A stretch of 64,000 nt of DNA from Candidatus Altimarinota bacterium (GCA_965231215.1 OZ246423.1:864001-928000), one strand, 5' to 3'; counted from the first letter of the stretch, positions 9,785 through 20,091 are shown. Notes: generated by a model not told the origin, from the sequence alone. Translations and numbers: made by a program.

Positions 9785-10201
9785 ATGCTTCAACCTAAAA
9801 AAACCAAATTCCGAAGACTGCACCGACTACGTTCTCAGCGTAAAGGAGTAGCCAATCGTGGCAATAAAATTGCCTTCGGGGAAGTAGGACTTAAAGCTAC
9901 TACAGCTGGTGAGATTAACGCTCGTCAGATTGAAGCGGCTCGTCGAGCGATTGCTCGGGCTGTAAAACGAGGAGGAAAAATTTGGATTCGAGTTTTTCCA
10001 GACAAAGTACTTACCGCTAAATCAGGGGAAGTACCAATGGGTTCAGGGAAAGGAGCTCCAGATAAATGGGTAGCTCAGGTGCTTCCAGGAAAAGTCCTTT
10101 TCGAAATGGGAGGAGCCGATCCAGAACTTATGAGAGAGGCACTAAAACTCGCTTCATACAAATTATGCGTGAAGTGCAAAGTAGTAACTAATGAAATCTA
10201 G
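9785..10201 (+). CDS. rplP: 50S ribosomal protein L16
   Basis: [34 protein letters not shown]. Confidence 0.98.
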   Translation: MLQPKKTKFRRLHRLRSQRKGVANRGNKIAFGEVGLKATTAGEINARQIEAARRAIARAVKRGGKIWIRVFPDKVLTAKSGEVPMGSGKGAPDKWVAQVLPGKVLFEMGGADPELMREALKLASYKLCVKCKVVTNEI

Positions 10202-10204
10202 GCA

Positions 10205-10396
10205 ATGACTATTCAAGAATTACGTCAGCTCACTCCAAGCAAGTTGTTAGCTCAACTAAAGAAAACTCGTAGAGAGCTAGCCGTTACTCGTTTTCATATT
10301 AAAACGGGTCAAAGCCAAGATACAGCGAGCATCAAAAAATTAAAAAAAGTGATTGCTCAGATCCAAACGCTCATCAATAACCTTAAGCAAAAATAA
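10205..10396 (+). CDS. rpmC: 50S ribosomal protein L29
   Basis: ELR...RF...GQ...IKKLKKVIAQIQT; synteny. Confidence 0.93.
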   Translation: MTIQELRQLTPSKLLAQLKKTRRELAVTRFHIKTGQSQDTASIKKLKKVIAQIQTLINNLKQK

Positions 10397-10635
10397 TGAT
10401 TAGTAAAAAAGGGACGGTTGTGAAAAAATCAGGGGATAAAACTATCCGAGTTGAGGTAAATGAAAGACGACCTCATCCTAAGTACAAGAAACAATACCGA
10501 ATCACTACTAATTACTTAGTACATGATGAAGAAAATAAAGCTAAAGATGGAGATGAAGTGGTAATTACTCAAGCTCGACCAACGTCTAAAAAGAAATCTT
10601 GGAACCTAACTTCTATAGAGAAAAGCGCTCAATAA
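10396..10635 (+). CDS. rpsQ: 30S ribosomal protein S17
   Basis: [27 protein letters not shown]. Confidence 0.97.
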   Translation: MISKKGTVVKKSGDKTIRVEVNERRPHPKYKKQYRITTNYLVHDEENKAKDGDEVVITQARPTSKKKSWNLTSIEKSAQ

Positions 10636-11003
10636 TGATTCAACATATGACTCGTCTTCGTGTAACAGATAACACTGGTGCTAAGTGGGCACAGTGTGTA
10701 AAAGTCTTGGGAGGCTCTAAGAGAAGATACGCCCAAGTAGGAGACGTAATTGTTGTGGCCATTAAATCAGCCGCTCCTAAAGGAGTTGTAAAGAAAAAAG
10801 CGGTAGAAAGAGCCGTGATCGTAAGACAGACTAAAAAAATGAAAAGACCAGATGGGTCTTATATAAGCTTTGATGATAACGCTGTTGTGATCATCAACCA
10901 GCAAGGGCAACCTAAAGGAACACGTGTTTTCGGGCCTGTGGCTCGTGAACTTCGTTCTAAAGGGTACCAACCAATACTTTCTAAAGCGCCTGAAGTACTT
11001 TAA
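10635..11003 (+). CDS. rplN: 50S ribosomal protein L14
   Basis: MIQ...[28 protein letters not shown]; ATG at 10635. Confidence 0.98.
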   Translation: MIQHMTRLRVTDNTGAKWAQCVKVLGGSKRRYAQVGDVIVVAIKSAAPKGVVKKKAVERAVIVRQTKKMKRPDGSYISFDDNAVVIINQQGQPKGTRVFGPVARELRSKGYQPILSKAPEVL

Positions 11004-11006
11004 AAC

Positions 11007-11372
11007 ATGAAATTCAGAATAGGAGACGACGTCGTTGTGATTACAGGGAGTGATAAAGGGAAAACCGGAAGCATTACCCGTATCCTAGAATCAGAAAACA
11101 AAGTGATTGTTGAAGGCATAAACATGAAAACAAAACACGTAAAAGGACGAGATGGAGTACCAGGAGAAAAAGTTCAATTTGCGGCTCCTATTCAGGCTTC
11201 AAATCTAGCGGTTATAGACGCTAAGACAAAAAAGCCAAGCCGAATAGGATACCTTATCGACAAAAATGGTAACAAAACTCGAATTACTAAAGCTTCTGGT
11301 CAAGAAGTGGTAAAAGCCGCTAAAAAAGAAAAGACCAAAGAAGACAAAGGACCTAAAACTATTAAAGCGTAA
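11007..11372 (+). CDS. rplX: 50S ribosomal protein L24
   Basis: GDDVVVITGSDKGKTG KOW motif, VEGIN. Confidence 0.97.
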   Translation: MKFRIGDDVVVITGSDKGKTGSITRILESENKVIVEGINMKTKHVKGRDGVPGEKVQFAAPIQASNLAVIDAKTKKPSRIGYLIDKNGNKTRITKASGQEVVKAAKKEKTKEDKGPKTIKA

Positions 11373-11378
11373 TTAAAA

Positions 11379-11975
11379 ATGACTGCAAAAGCCAAGAAAA
11401 CTTCCAACGCACATAAGTCACTCCTATTAGAGCGATATGCAAAAGAAATTGCGCCTCAACTTCAAAAAGATTTGGGGATGAAAAACGTAATGGAAGTGCC
11501 TAAGATTGAAAAAGTATGTGTGAATGTAGGTATGGGATCATACCTTCAAAGACTTGGGACGAAAGATTACAGCTTAGTAGAACAAACGCTGCTCCAAATT
11601 ACAGGACGAAAACCTGTCCTGAGAAAAGCTCGACTTTCGGTGTCGAACTTTAAACTCAGAGAAGGGATGCCTGTGGGATTAAGTGTGACGCTTCGAAAAG
11701 ACGAAGCTTACATCTTCCTGGATAAAATAATTAACATTGTGTTTCCTCGGGTGCGAGGCTTCCGTGGTATAAAACGAAACATCTTTGATAAAAGTGGAAA
11801 CTGTTCCTTCGGTTTTGCTGATCACTCTGTATTTCCAGAGATCGATCTAGAAGATGCTCGAAAAGCTCACGGAGTCCAAGTAACCGTTGTTACAAATGCA
11901 AGAGAATCAGCCCATGCCGAAAAATTAATGGAAGCTATGGGTTTCCCTTTTATAAATAATAAGGCTAACAATTAA
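11379..11975 (+). CDS. rplE: 50S ribosomal protein L5
   Basis: [29 protein letters not shown]. Confidence 0.98.
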   Translation: MTAKAKKTSNAHKSLLLERYAKEIAPQLQKDLGMKNVMEVPKIEKVCVNVGMGSYLQRLGTKDYSLVEQTLLQITGRKPVLRKARLSVSNFKLREGMPVGLSVTLRKDEAYIFLDKIINIVFPRVRGFRGIKRNIFDKSGNCSFGFADHSVFPEIDLEDARKAHGVQVTVVTNARESAHAEKLMEAMGFPFINNKANN

Positions 11976-11986
11976 TATTTAACTTT

Positions 11987-12241
11987 ATGGTACGAAAAGC
12001 CCTCCTGATCAAACAACAAAAAATGCTCGCACGAGCTATGGCTAAACGTGAAGATGGTACTTACAACCAAAAAAAACACGCCACAAAGCCAAAAGACAAG
12101 TACAAAACTCGAGCCTACAATCGGTGTAAAGTCACCGGACGCTCTGGTGGATATATGCGAGATTTTGGAATCTCACGTTGTTTGTTCCGGGAATTGGCTG
12201 AGAAAGCTGAAATTCCAGGAGTTCGTAAGAGTAGCTGGTAA
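11987..12241 (+). CDS. rpsN: 30S ribosomal protein S14 (lacks the full 4-Cys zinc motif)
   Basis: NRCKVTGR...[17 protein letters not shown]. Confidence 0.96.
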   Translation: MVRKALLIKQQKMLARAMAKREDGTYNQKKHATKPKDKYKTRAYNRCKVTGRSGGYMRDFGISRCLFRELAEKAEIPGVRKSSW

Positions 12242-12249
12242 GCTGCTGT

Positions 12250-12309
12250 AACTCCAAAGCCGGTTAAGCCAGGCCAGGAGTTCACTCAATAATAAACTTA
12301 ATGGCTTAA
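12250..12309 (+). ncRNA. candidate pseudoknot RNA between rpsN and rpsH
   Basis: stem AACTCC/GGAGTT plus GCC/GGC; loop TTAAGCCA is complementary to downstream TGGCTTAA. Confidence 0.45.
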
Positions 12310-12335
12310 ACATTTAAACACTTAAACGCTCAAAA

Positions 12336-12710
12336 ATGGTAGACCCAATTGGTGACTTTCTAACTCGAATGCGTAATGCTCAGATGGCTGGGCAAGCAAC
12401 CGTTGTAGCTCCTTACTCAAAACTAAAAGAGCAAATTGCAAAGGTAATGCTAAAAAATAAATTCTTGGACAACGTTGAGGTTGTGGAGAACGGGAACAAA
12501 AAAGATCTCAAAGTAACTTTGCCTGAGAAATCACTCACGCTAAAACGAGTGTCTCGACCAGGGCAAAGAATCTACTGCGGAAGCCAAGATATTCGAAAAG
12601 TGCTTAATGGTCTTGGAATCGCTATTGTTTCGACTTCAAAAGGAGTTATTACTGGGTACGAAGCAAGAAAGCTTGGCGTCGGAGGTGAAATTTTATGTGA
12701 AATCAGCTAA
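12336..12710 (+). CDS. rpsH: 30S ribosomal protein S8
   Basis: DPIGDFLTRMRNA, RVSRPGQRIY, STSKG, GGE. Confidence 0.98.
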   Translation: MVDPIGDFLTRMRNAQMAGQATVVAPYSKLKEQIAKVMLKNKFLDNVEVVENGNKKDLKVTLPEKSLTLKRVSRPGQRIYCGSQDIRKVLNGLGIAIVSTSKGVITGYEARKLGVGGEILCEIS

Positions 12711-12727
12711 CTATATAACTATTTAAA

Positions 12728-13279
12728 ATGTCTAGAGTAGGTAATAAGCCAGTCGTTATCCCCGAAGGAGTAGAAGTACAATTGAGTGACAATGTGCTTA
12801 CAGCCAAAGGGCCCAAAGGAGAACTGTCTCAAAGTTTTGAACCCGCATACGTGGAAGTCAAAATAGAAGGGAATGAAATTTTAGTTTCTCGAAAAAACGA
12901 AACGAAAGAGGCTAAATCTAGACATGGCCTATACCGAAGTTTATTTGAAAACATCGTAGTCGGAGTCAAGACAGGATTCTCTAAATCGCTTGAAGTTCGC
13001 GGGGTTGGATACCGAGTAAATCCAAAAGGAAAAGCTCTGGAATTCAATCTAGGATACTCTCATTCTATTACTTACGATCTACCAGAAGGCGTAGAAGTAA
13101 AATTTGATGAACAAAACCAAAATATCTTTACGCTCTCCGGAGCTGATAAACAGTTAGTGGGACAAACCGCCGCTAACATTCGAAAACTCAGAAAACCTGA
13201 ACCTTACAAAGGAAAAGGTATCAGATACTCAGATGAACATGTAATTATTAAAGCTGGTAAATCTGCTAGCGCTGCTTAA
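12728..13279 (+). CDS. rplF: 50S ribosomal protein L6
   Basis: [26 protein letters not shown]. Confidence 0.98.
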   Translation: MSRVGNKPVVIPEGVEVQLSDNVLTAKGPKGELSQSFEPAYVEVKIEGNEILVSRKNETKEAKSRHGLYRSLFENIVVGVKTGFSKSLEVRGVGYRVNPKGKALEFNLGYSHSITYDLPEGVEVKFDEQNQNIFTLSGADKQLVGQTAANIRKLRKPEPYKGKGIRYSDEHVIIKAGKSASAA

Positions 13280-13284
13280 TTAAA

Positions 13285-13626
13285 ATGAAATCTATTATAA
13301 AACAGGCACGACTAAAAGCACGAGCAAGGCGTACGCACGCTAAAGCTCGAATTGCCCAACGACCAAGACTCGTAGTATTCAGATCTGGTAAAGCTATTTA
13401 CGCTCAGATTATAGATGATATTCAGAACAAAGTGCTCTGTGGAACCTCAAGCCTTAAAAGCAAAAAATCAGGGATTGAAGCTGCCGCTGAAGTAGGAAAA
13501 GCGCTTGCAGAAATGGCTAAAAAAGCCAAAGTCACTGAAGTCGCTTTTGACCGAAATGGTTATCAATATCACGGGCAAGTGAAAGCGCTCGCTGAAGCCG
13601 CTCGAGAAGGGGGTCTTAAATTTTAA
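13285..13626 (+). CDS. rplR: 50S ribosomal protein L18
   Basis: [27 protein letters not shown]. Confidence 0.98.
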   Translation: MKSIIKQARLKARARRTHAKARIAQRPRLVVFRSGKAIYAQIIDDIQNKVLCGTSSLKSKKSGIEAAAEVGKALAEMAKKAKVTEVAFDRNGYQYHGQVKALAEAAREGGLKF

Positions 13627-13670
13627 ACCGCTCAATAAACTAATTAAAAAATTCTATACTGCCGGTAGGC

Positions 13671-13707
13671 CAACTACCAACTAATAACTACCTACTACCA
13701 ACTAATA
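13671..13707. repeat. degenerate heptamer tandem repeat
   Basis: CAACTAC CAACTAA TAACTAC CTACTAC CAACTAA. Confidence 0.65.
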
Positions 13708-13708
13708 A

Positions 13709-14470
13709 ATGTCAGAAGAAAAAAATGACGCTCCCGTAACGCCTGAGATGGCGGCTCCAGAAGCCACAGAAAACACTGAAAGCACTGAAGCTGCACAAGC
13801 TCCAGCTCAAGGTGGTGATAAAGCTCAAAATGATGCCAAAGACGGTAAAAAAGATCGTCGAGATGGGAACCGTCGTGGACGAGGACGACGTGAAAACCGA
13901 GGAGACAGACAACCAAAAGAATTTGAAGAATCAATCATTCAGATTGACCGAGTAACCCGAGTAACCAAAGGAGGACGACAGCTTCGATTTCGAGTTTCTG
14001 TAATCATCGGAGATCAAAAAGGACGTGTTGGATTTGGAATTGGAAAGTCTTCTGAAGTAATGACTGGAGTACAAAAAGCGATTACTCAGGCTAAAAGAAA
14101 CCTGATTACAGTACCCATCTTTGAAGACACGATTCCTCACAGTGTAACCGCTAAATTTAAATCTTCTAAAGTATTTTTGCTTCCAGCACCAGAAGGTAAA
14201 GGAGTAATTGCTGGAGGAGCCGTGCGTAAAGTTTTGGAACTGGCTGGTATTAAAAATGCCCTTTCTAAAATTCACGGATCACGAAACAAAATTAATACTA
14301 CTTACGCCACTATTCAAGCCCTTCAAATGCTACAAAACAGAGCGCCACATAAAAGCGCTGAAGAGGCTGAAGACACCCCCAAAGAAGAAAAAGCCGAAGC
14401 TAAAGCCGCTGATAAAAAGCCAGCTAAAAAAGCTCCGGCTAAAAAAACGACTAAAAAGAAAGACGCTTAA
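13709..14470 (+). CDS. rpsE: 30S ribosomal protein S5 with long N- and C-terminal extensions
   Basis: RVTRVTKGGR, GDQKGRVG, PAPEGKGVIAGG. Confidence 0.98.
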   Translation: MSEEKNDAPVTPEMAAPEATENTESTEAAQAPAQGGDKAQNDAKDGKKDRRDGNRRGRGRRENRGDRQPKEFEESIIQIDRVTRVTKGGRQLRFRVSVIIGDQKGRVGFGIGKSSEVMTGVQKAITQAKRNLITVPIFEDTIPHSVTAKFKSSKVFLLPAPEGKGVIAGGAVRKVLELAGIKNALSKIHGSRNKINTTYATIQALQMLQNRAPHKSAEEAEDTPKEEKAEAKAADKKPAKKAPAKKTTKKKDA

Positions 14471-14488
14471 TCTAAATTATTCATTCTC

Positions 14489-14956
14489 ATGAAAGTTCAT
14501 CAAACCGCTCCGAATCTAAAAAAACCAGCTCGAAAAAGAAAAGGCCAAGGAAACGCTACAGGTAATGGTACCTATGGTGGTCGTGGTATGAATGGACAGA
14601 ATGCACGAGCCGGAGGCGGTGTGCGACAAGGTTTTGAAGGAGGTCAAACCCCCTTGATCCAACGAATGCCAAAACGACGAGGATTTAAAAACCCAAACCG
14701 AGTAGAAACCCAAGCTGTTGATTTAGGGCAGATTGAAGCCGTATATAAAGACGGGGAAAGCGTAAACCTCGGTACTCTTATTGAAAAAGGGTTGGTCAAT
14801 AATCCTAATAAAAAAGTAAAAATTCTCGCTTCAGGGGAACTGAGCAAAAAAGTAACCGTAGAAGGTGTTCCAGCGTCTAAAACAGCCGTAGCCGCTATTG
14901 AAAAAGCTGGCGGAAAATTTGTCGCTCCAAAAGTAGAAAAAGCCGAAGAAAAATAA
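14489..14956 (+). CDS. rplO: 50S ribosomal protein L15
   Basis: GRGMNGQNAR, GFEGGQTPL, PKRRGF. Confidence 0.98.
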   Translation: MKVHQTAPNLKKPARKRKGQGNATGNGTYGGRGMNGQNARAGGGVRQGFEGGQTPLIQRMPKRRGFKNPNRVETQAVDLGQIEAVYKDGESVNLGTLIEKGLVNNPNKKVKILASGELSKKVTVEGVPASKTAVAAIEKAGGKFVAPKVEKAEEK

Positions 14957-14981
14957 GACTTATACTAAAGAACTAAATCAG

Positions 14982-15004
14982 AAACGCCTTCGGGCGTTTT
15001 TTTT
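14982..15004 (+). terminator. intrinsic terminator after rplO
   Basis: AAACGCC-TTCG-GGCGTTT plus T run. Confidence 0.85.
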
Positions 15005-15095
15005 ATTTCGCAAAGAAGTATTGACATTTTTTCAAAAATATTTATTTAAAATATAATAAAAGAAACATCAAAAGAAAAAACCTTTAATCAACCTT

Positions 15096-15941
15096 TTGAT
15101 GTTGTCTTTGATGCTTGGAATTGCGGCCTCAGTACAAATGGGAACTGTTAGTGTAGAAAACTACCATGCGGTTCACTCTAATGTGATACGTCGTTATAAG
15201 ATCTATAAATCACGTAATATTACGCCTCAATCCACAAGCCGAACCTCAGTGGATCTAAAACCTAAAACGACTCAAAAAAAGAAGCCTTTGAATCTACCTT
15301 GGGACGGGCATTTTTCAGCCAAAAATTTTACAACCTCTACGGATAGAATTGATTTGGAGGGGATTAAGGGAGCTCTTAAAGCGTCAATCTTGATGCTACC
15401 GAAAAACCACACAGGAACTTTAAAAGAACTTGAAATCAGAAATGTAACACATGTATCAAGAGGGCTCGCTAACTCTAAAAAGATTATTCTCCATACCGAT
15501 TCTGTAGAAACAGAGGCAGAGTTGAAGTCAGTGTTTGTCCATGAAATGGGGCACATTGTGGATTTAGGATATTTAAAGGGGCAAAATGGGAACGTTTCTA
15601 CCTTTAAAGACGGGAGACGAGTTATTTATACGGATGATCCGAGTTTGATTTTTTATACCATTTCTTGGCAGGATGAAAAGACGCGTAAAAAAGGAACCCT
15701 CAGAAATGATTTTGTTTCCGGTTACGCTATGCAGAGTCCGTTTGAAGATTTTGCGGAGAGCTATATTTTTTATCGATTACACGGTGAAAAGTTTCGAAAA
15801 ATTGCCAAAGAATCTGACGCCCTTGATCAGAAATACAACTTTATGAAATACCAGGTATTTGCCGGAGTGGAGTTTCAGAAAGAAAAAAATGGGAAGTTTC
15901 TTCACAACCTGATCTGGGATGCTACATTAGTAAAGTCTTAA
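15096..15941 (+). CDS. secreted HExxH zinc metallopeptidase
   Basis: hydrophobic N-terminus; VHEMGHIVD and FVSGYA...EDFAESY. Confidence 0.75.
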   Translation: MMLSLMLGIAASVQMGTVSVENYHAVHSNVIRRYKIYKSRNITPQSTSRTSVDLKPKTTQKKKPLNLPWDGHFSAKNFTTSTDRIDLEGIKGALKASILMLPKNHTGTLKELEIRNVTHVSRGLANSKKIILHTDSVETEAELKSVFVHEMGHIVDLGYLKGQNGNVSTFKDGRRVIYTDDPSLIFYTISWQDEKTRKKGTLRNDFVSGYAMQSPFEDFAESYIFYRLHGEKFRKIAKESDALDQKYNFMKYQVFAGVEFQKEKNGKFLHNLIWDATLVKS

Positions 15942-15946
15942 AAAAT

Positions 15947-16513
15947 TTGATGAAAATAAGTGGAGTACCAGTGGAAATAAAAGGCAATTTTATAAGGCCT
16001 ATTCCAGATAAACCTTTAGATACAGTACCTGTCCCTACAAATGAGAAATCTGCTTTTGGAACATTTCAGTCTCTTCGTTTAGAGATATTGAATCATCCAA
16101 ATTTTGAATTGGTTGCGAAGAAACTAAAGGTTGGTAATTCTGTCCCCACGACGTTGATGTTAAATTTTTTAGTGATGTTGGAGAAAGGATTCATACCTAA
16201 CTCTAATCCTAACTCTGTACAGGCTCAGAACCAGTTAATTCGACTAAAAATAATTCTAACGCGATTTATCTGTAATGAAAATTCTTTTGAATTATCACAG
16301 GCTGAGATTGAGTTTTTAAAAACACTAACAACAGAAATTGGAATGCAGAATTTAGCTCAAAGTGGGGCTTGGTATGATTTTTGTAGCCAATTGTATAAAG
16401 GAAATCCAGTGGAAGTGGCTGATGAAATTTTGATTCAGGTTCGAATGCTTTTTTCTCTTCAGATAAGAGATAGGGTAGAAAAAACTCATTTGAGAATAAG
16501 TTTGGTTCAATGA
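15947..16513 (+). CDS. hypothetical protein
   Basis: 188 aa ORF; ATGA overlap with the next gene. Confidence 0.6.
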   Translation: MMKISGVPVEIKGNFIRPIPDKPLDTVPVPTNEKSAFGTFQSLRLEILNHPNFELVAKKLKVGNSVPTTLMLNFLVMLEKGFIPNSNPNSVQAQNQLIRLKIILTRFICNENSFELSQAEIEFLKTLTTEIGMQNLAQSGAWYDFCSQLYKGNPVEVADEILIQVRMLFSLQIRDRVEKTHLRISLVQ

Positions 16514-17139
16514 AAAAATCTCACTGGAGAAAAACCTACAGAGACAAAGCGCACTTTTGGGCGAAGATTTTGGGAAAATGTCCAGGAGTAGAGGCTCTAT
16601 TTTTATCAGGGAGTTTAGCCCAAGGGAAAGCAAAGCAATCATCGGATATAGACTTTTTTATTATTGCCAAACCAGGGCAAATCTGGACGGCGCGGTTTTG
16701 GACTTTTTCAATCCTTAAATTTTGTGGCCAAATTTCAACAGAGACACATCATTCAGGGAAAATCTGCCCCAATCATCTGATCACTTCAAACGCTCTAGAA
16801 ATCGAAGAAAAAGACGCCTATAGTGCTCATCTTTTTAGTCATAATATCCCCCTTTGGGATCCTCAAAATATTTTTCCCCATTTTGCCGAAGCCAACACCT
16901 GGGTGTGGAAATACAAATATGAGTTTCCTCTGCAGATAGAAACGGGAGAGACTCCCAAATACGAAGCTCCAAAGGTGAAAAAATCATGGAGTGAAGGGTT
17001 TTTAAAATGGATTCAACAAAAGAAAGTTCAAAACAATCCAGATTTTAAAAGACCTGGAGCCAAAATAATTATGACCGATACTGAATTACGGTTTCACCCA
17101 GATCCCAAAAATCAGTACTGGAAAGAAATTAAAAGATAA
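16510..17139 (+). CDS. polymerase-beta-like nucleotidyltransferase domain protein
   Basis: LFLSGSLA...SDIDFFII motif. Confidence 0.8.
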   Translation: MKKSHWRKTYRDKAHFWAKILGKCPGVEALFLSGSLAQGKAKQSSDIDFFIIAKPGQIWTARFWTFSILKFCGQISTETHHSGKICPNHLITSNALEIEEKDAYSAHLFSHNIPLWDPQNIFPHFAEANTWVWKYKYEFPLQIETGETPKYEAPKVKKSWSEGFLKWIQQKKVQNNPDFKRPGAKIIMTDTELRFHPDPKNQYWKEIKR

Positions 17140-17154
17140 CGCCTAGTCTCGGGG

Positions 17155-17258
17155 GGCATTGCGAGGCAAAATTAATTTAAAGAAGTAATCTACTGCCGAA
17201 ATAAAGAATTAGATTGCCATGCTCTTATGCACAATTTTTAACCCTCGCTCTCCATGAC
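17155..17258. repeat. degenerate palindromic element (GTCATTGCGAG...CTCGCAATGAC type)
   Basis: GGCATTGCGAGG...GAAGTAATC...AGATTGCC...CCTCGC...CATGAC. Confidence 0.55.
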
Positions 17259-17288
17259 AAAGAGATAAATTTTTGTTATGGTTAAAAT

Positions 17289-17699
17289 ATGAAATATGCA
17301 ATTACAATCCTGGCTACGGCCATAACGATTTTGCTTATGGATATTATCTGGCTCAAATACATTGCTGGGGGATTTTTTACCAAACATTTAGAAACAATTG
17401 GTCGGTTTAATGCAGATGGAACTTTCAATGTGGAATTAAAGGCCGCGGCTTTAGTCTACGTTACGATGATTGCGGCCATTATTGTGTTTGTAGTTCCGAG
17501 AGCTTCAAACAGCTTAGAAGCGGCAATGTATGGAGGTCTGATGGGATTAGTGCTCTATGCGGTGTTTGACGGGACGAATCTGGCCATCCTCAAAGACTGG
17601 TCTTGGAACTTCGCCGCGGTTGATATAGCGTGGGGGACTTTTCTTTGTGCGGTGACGGGACTGGTGGCGTGGAACGTCTTTCATTACTTTAGCCAGTAA
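17289..17699 (+). CDS. DUF2177-like membrane protein
   Basis: D.IWL, Y.VFD.TNLA.LKDW, DIAWG; four hydrophobic segments. Confidence 0.8.
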   Translation: MKYAITILATAITILLMDIIWLKYIAGGFFTKHLETIGRFNADGTFNVELKAAALVYVTMIAAIIVFVVPRASNSLEAAMYGGLMGLVLYAVFDGTNLAILKDWSWNFAAVDIAWGTFLCAVTGLVAWNVFHYFSQ

Positions 17700-18577
17700 T
17701 GTTTTGGTTTTGGGCGGTTGTGTCAATGCTGGGATATGCCACCCAAAATGTGCTAATGGCTCGTTATGTCAGAAGTATGGATGTCTTGTCCGCTGGGTTT
17801 TATAGAAACCTTACTTTTGTGGTGAGTTTTTTACCCCTGCTTTATTTTGTCTCCACTGAAAAGTACCAAATGATGATCTCCTTTTTGCCACTGATTATAC
17901 TGGCTGGTTTTCTGGGGGCGGCTTCCCAGTGGACTAGATTTTTGGCTTTAAGGTATTTCCCTATAGGGGTTTCGAGTAGTGGTATTATGGGATTTAACGT
18001 GGGTTTAGCCTGGCTTTTGGGGTGGTTTTATTTTGGAGAAGCTTTGAGTTTGCCAGTGTTATTTTCTTTAGTGTTGATTTTGGCAGGGAGTGTTACGTTA
18101 TCGGCGACAAAACAGTGTATGCCACACCTTGAAAGTACTTCAGTCTTGAGGGGGGGGAGTCTTATTTTTGTTACTAGTTTATTGATCACCACAGCTTTTG
18201 TTATTGTGGCTAAGGTAAGTCGTGAAGTAGATCCGCTACTTACGGCTTATGTATGGGAGGTTTTGATTGCCCCAGCGGCTTTAATTTTTATTGGATTTAG
18301 GAAACTGGCTAGAGGCAATGGGTTAGAAAAAATTTCACTTAAAGTCTTTCATAAAATCTTTTGGTGTGTGGCCCCTACGGCTGTTGGTACAGCTGGATTT
18401 GCTTTAGCTGTAACGATGGGGCCAGTAGCGATAGTATCAGCTATATCGGCTACAGGAGTATTAGTAGCAACGTGGATGGCCGTCATTTTGTATCACGAAA
18501 AACTCCAAAAGATTCATTACATTGCTATGGGCATAACCGTACTAGGAGTCATTTGCTTGAAGTTACTCTCCAGCTAA
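17699..18577 (+). CDS. DMT/EamA family transporter
   Basis: about 10 TM segments in two repeats; FGE and YHE motifs. Confidence 0.85.
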   Translation: MFWFWAVVSMLGYATQNVLMARYVRSMDVLSAGFYRNLTFVVSFLPLLYFVSTEKYQMMISFLPLIILAGFLGAASQWTRFLALRYFPIGVSSSGIMGFNVGLAWLLGWFYFGEALSLPVLFSLVLILAGSVTLSATKQCMPHLESTSVLRGGSLIFVTSLLITTAFVIVAKVSREVDPLLTAYVWEVLIAPAALIFIGFRKLARGNGLEKISLKVFHKIFWCVAPTAVGTAGFALAVTMGPVAIVSAISATGVLVATWMAVILYHEKLQKIHYIAMGITVLGVICLKLLSS

Positions 18578-18964
18578 AAAGAGGTCTTTATCAGTAATGT
18601 AGTTTGCTTCTCCAGGAAGATAGTGGGTAGAAGAGAAGCAGAGCATTACCGCGTCTTTAGAGAACTCATAAAATTCATGCCAACACCCTTTGTGCACCAG
18701 TAAGGCTTTACTGGGATGATCGAGTTGGATTTCTTCTTCGTTGTTGCCATTATGAACTTTGGCGGTGATCGTGCCTTTGGCCGCTACAAAAACTTCAGAT
18801 TCTATTTTGTGAGCATGCCCCCCTCGAACGGCTTTTTCGTTCCCAGTTACTAAATACACTCGCTTGGTTTCAAACGGAAAATTTGCATCCAATTCAAAGG
18901 GAGTCAGGGTCCCACGTGAGTCTTCAAAGTGTGGGAAAGTGAGAATTTGGTATTTTTCAGACAT
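18563..18964 (-). CDS. FdtA/QdtA family cupin (sugar 3,4-ketoisomerase, WxcM-like)
   Basis: DSRGTL, PFETKRVY, RGGHAHK, WHE. Confidence 0.88.
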   Translation of the reverse strand: MSEKYQILTFPHFEDSRGTLTPFELDANFPFETKRVYLVTGNEKAVRGGHAHKIESEVFVAAKGTITAKVHNGNNEEEIQLDHPSKALLVHKGCWHEFYEFSKDAVMLCFSSTHYLPGEANYITDKDLFLAGE

Positions 18965-19167
18965 ATCATTGATACTTTAGTGTTCATTTTTTGATTGGTC
19001 AAAAAACGAAGCAAAAAAGACCGCCTTGAAAAGATTTTTGAAAAAAACAATCGATCAAATTCTATAAAGACCAAAGTCGCTTCGCTCCGAAATGCAGGCT
19101 CTTTTTAATGAATTATTCACGGGTTTTTTGGTTCAAAAATCTTCAGACGCGAAAATGAGGAATAGAA

Positions 19168-20091
19168 TTAATTATTGAGATACTGGTTGTGAGTTTTCTT
19201 TAAATCTGCATTGGCCACATGGGTATAGATCTGTGTGGTGGAAATATTAGAGTGGCCGAGCATTTCTTGGACAGACCTGATGTCAGCTCCATTCCGAAGT
19301 AAGGTTGTGGCAAAAGTATGTCTTAGTTTGTGGGGGGTAACAGGCTTGGTAATACCACACTTTCGGCCTCTATTGCGGATCATAATTTCTATAGCGGTAC
19401 GACTAAGACGGCGAGATTCACCATGATTTTCAAATTCATCTTTTCGTGTTCTTGCATTGATAAAAAACGGTCTAAAATTGTCATTCCGGAGGTCTAGATA
19501 GCTCTGGAGAATACGAGTGCAAAGGTCGGTCAAATACACAGTTCGGACTTTGTTGCCTTTCCCTATAATCGAAAATTCTTTGGTTTTCAGGTTTACGTGT
19601 TCGAGGTTGAGCGCACAGAGCTCAGATATCCGTAAACCGGTGGAAAAGAGCATTTCTACAAGCCCTCTATCACGAGCATCTATGAAAGCGTTTTTGCCTT
19701 CACGGTAGTTTCTGAGCGTATCAAGCTCGTCGAGAGTTAGCCCAGAGACATCACTGGGGTTGGTTTTGAGCAGTTCAATTTTTTCTGGATTCATGATGGG
19801 ATCATCCAGTTCTCGTTTGATGGCAAACTTTAAAAAACTCCGAAGGGGAATCAGGTAAATATTTCTCGTCTTTGAAGAGAGTGGCTGTCCTTTGCGGTTG
19901 GTCTTTTGAAACACAAAGTCCTGGTAATCATCTACCGTATGCAGATTTAGGTCTTTTATATGCGCTTTTTCCCCCATAACTTCAACCAAAAACCCCAAAC
20001 TCTTGCTATAGTTTCGGAGCGTATAAGGAGAACTATTTTTTACGTTTTTGAGGTAACGCAAATATTTTTCAATGCCTTGGGTTATAAGCAT
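19168..20091 (-). CDS. XerC/XerD-type tyrosine recombinase
   Basis: SAM-like N-terminus (SPYTLRNY), STGLRISE, GKGNKVR, HKLRHTFAT, LGHSNISTTQIY; likely ATG at 20091. Confidence 0.93.
   Translation of the reverse strand: MLITQGIEKYLRYLKNVKNSSPYTLRNYSKSLGFLVEVMGEKAHIKDLNLHTVDDYQDFVFQKTNRKGQPLSSKTRNIYLIPLRSFLKFAIKRELDDPIMNPEKIELLKTNPSDVSGLTLDELDTLRNYREGKNAFIDARDRGLVEMLFSTGLRISELCALNLEHVNLKTKEFSIIGKGNKVRTVYLTDLCTRILQSYLDLRNDNFRPFFINARTRKDEFENHGESRRLSRTAIEIMIRNRGRKCGITKPVTPHKLRHTFATTLLRNGADIRSVQEMLGHSNISTTQIYTHVANADLKKTHNQYLNN

Noticed and set aside
19074-19095. GTCGCTTCGCTCCGAAATG, a possible half of a palindromic element
   Set aside because: Too short and degenerate to support
19168-20091. Xer gene as integrase of a mobile element or active invertase of the r-protein segment
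   Set aside because: It looks like a housekeeping Xer; no att sites or inverted repeats seen at the breakpoints near 9.6 and 21.65 kb
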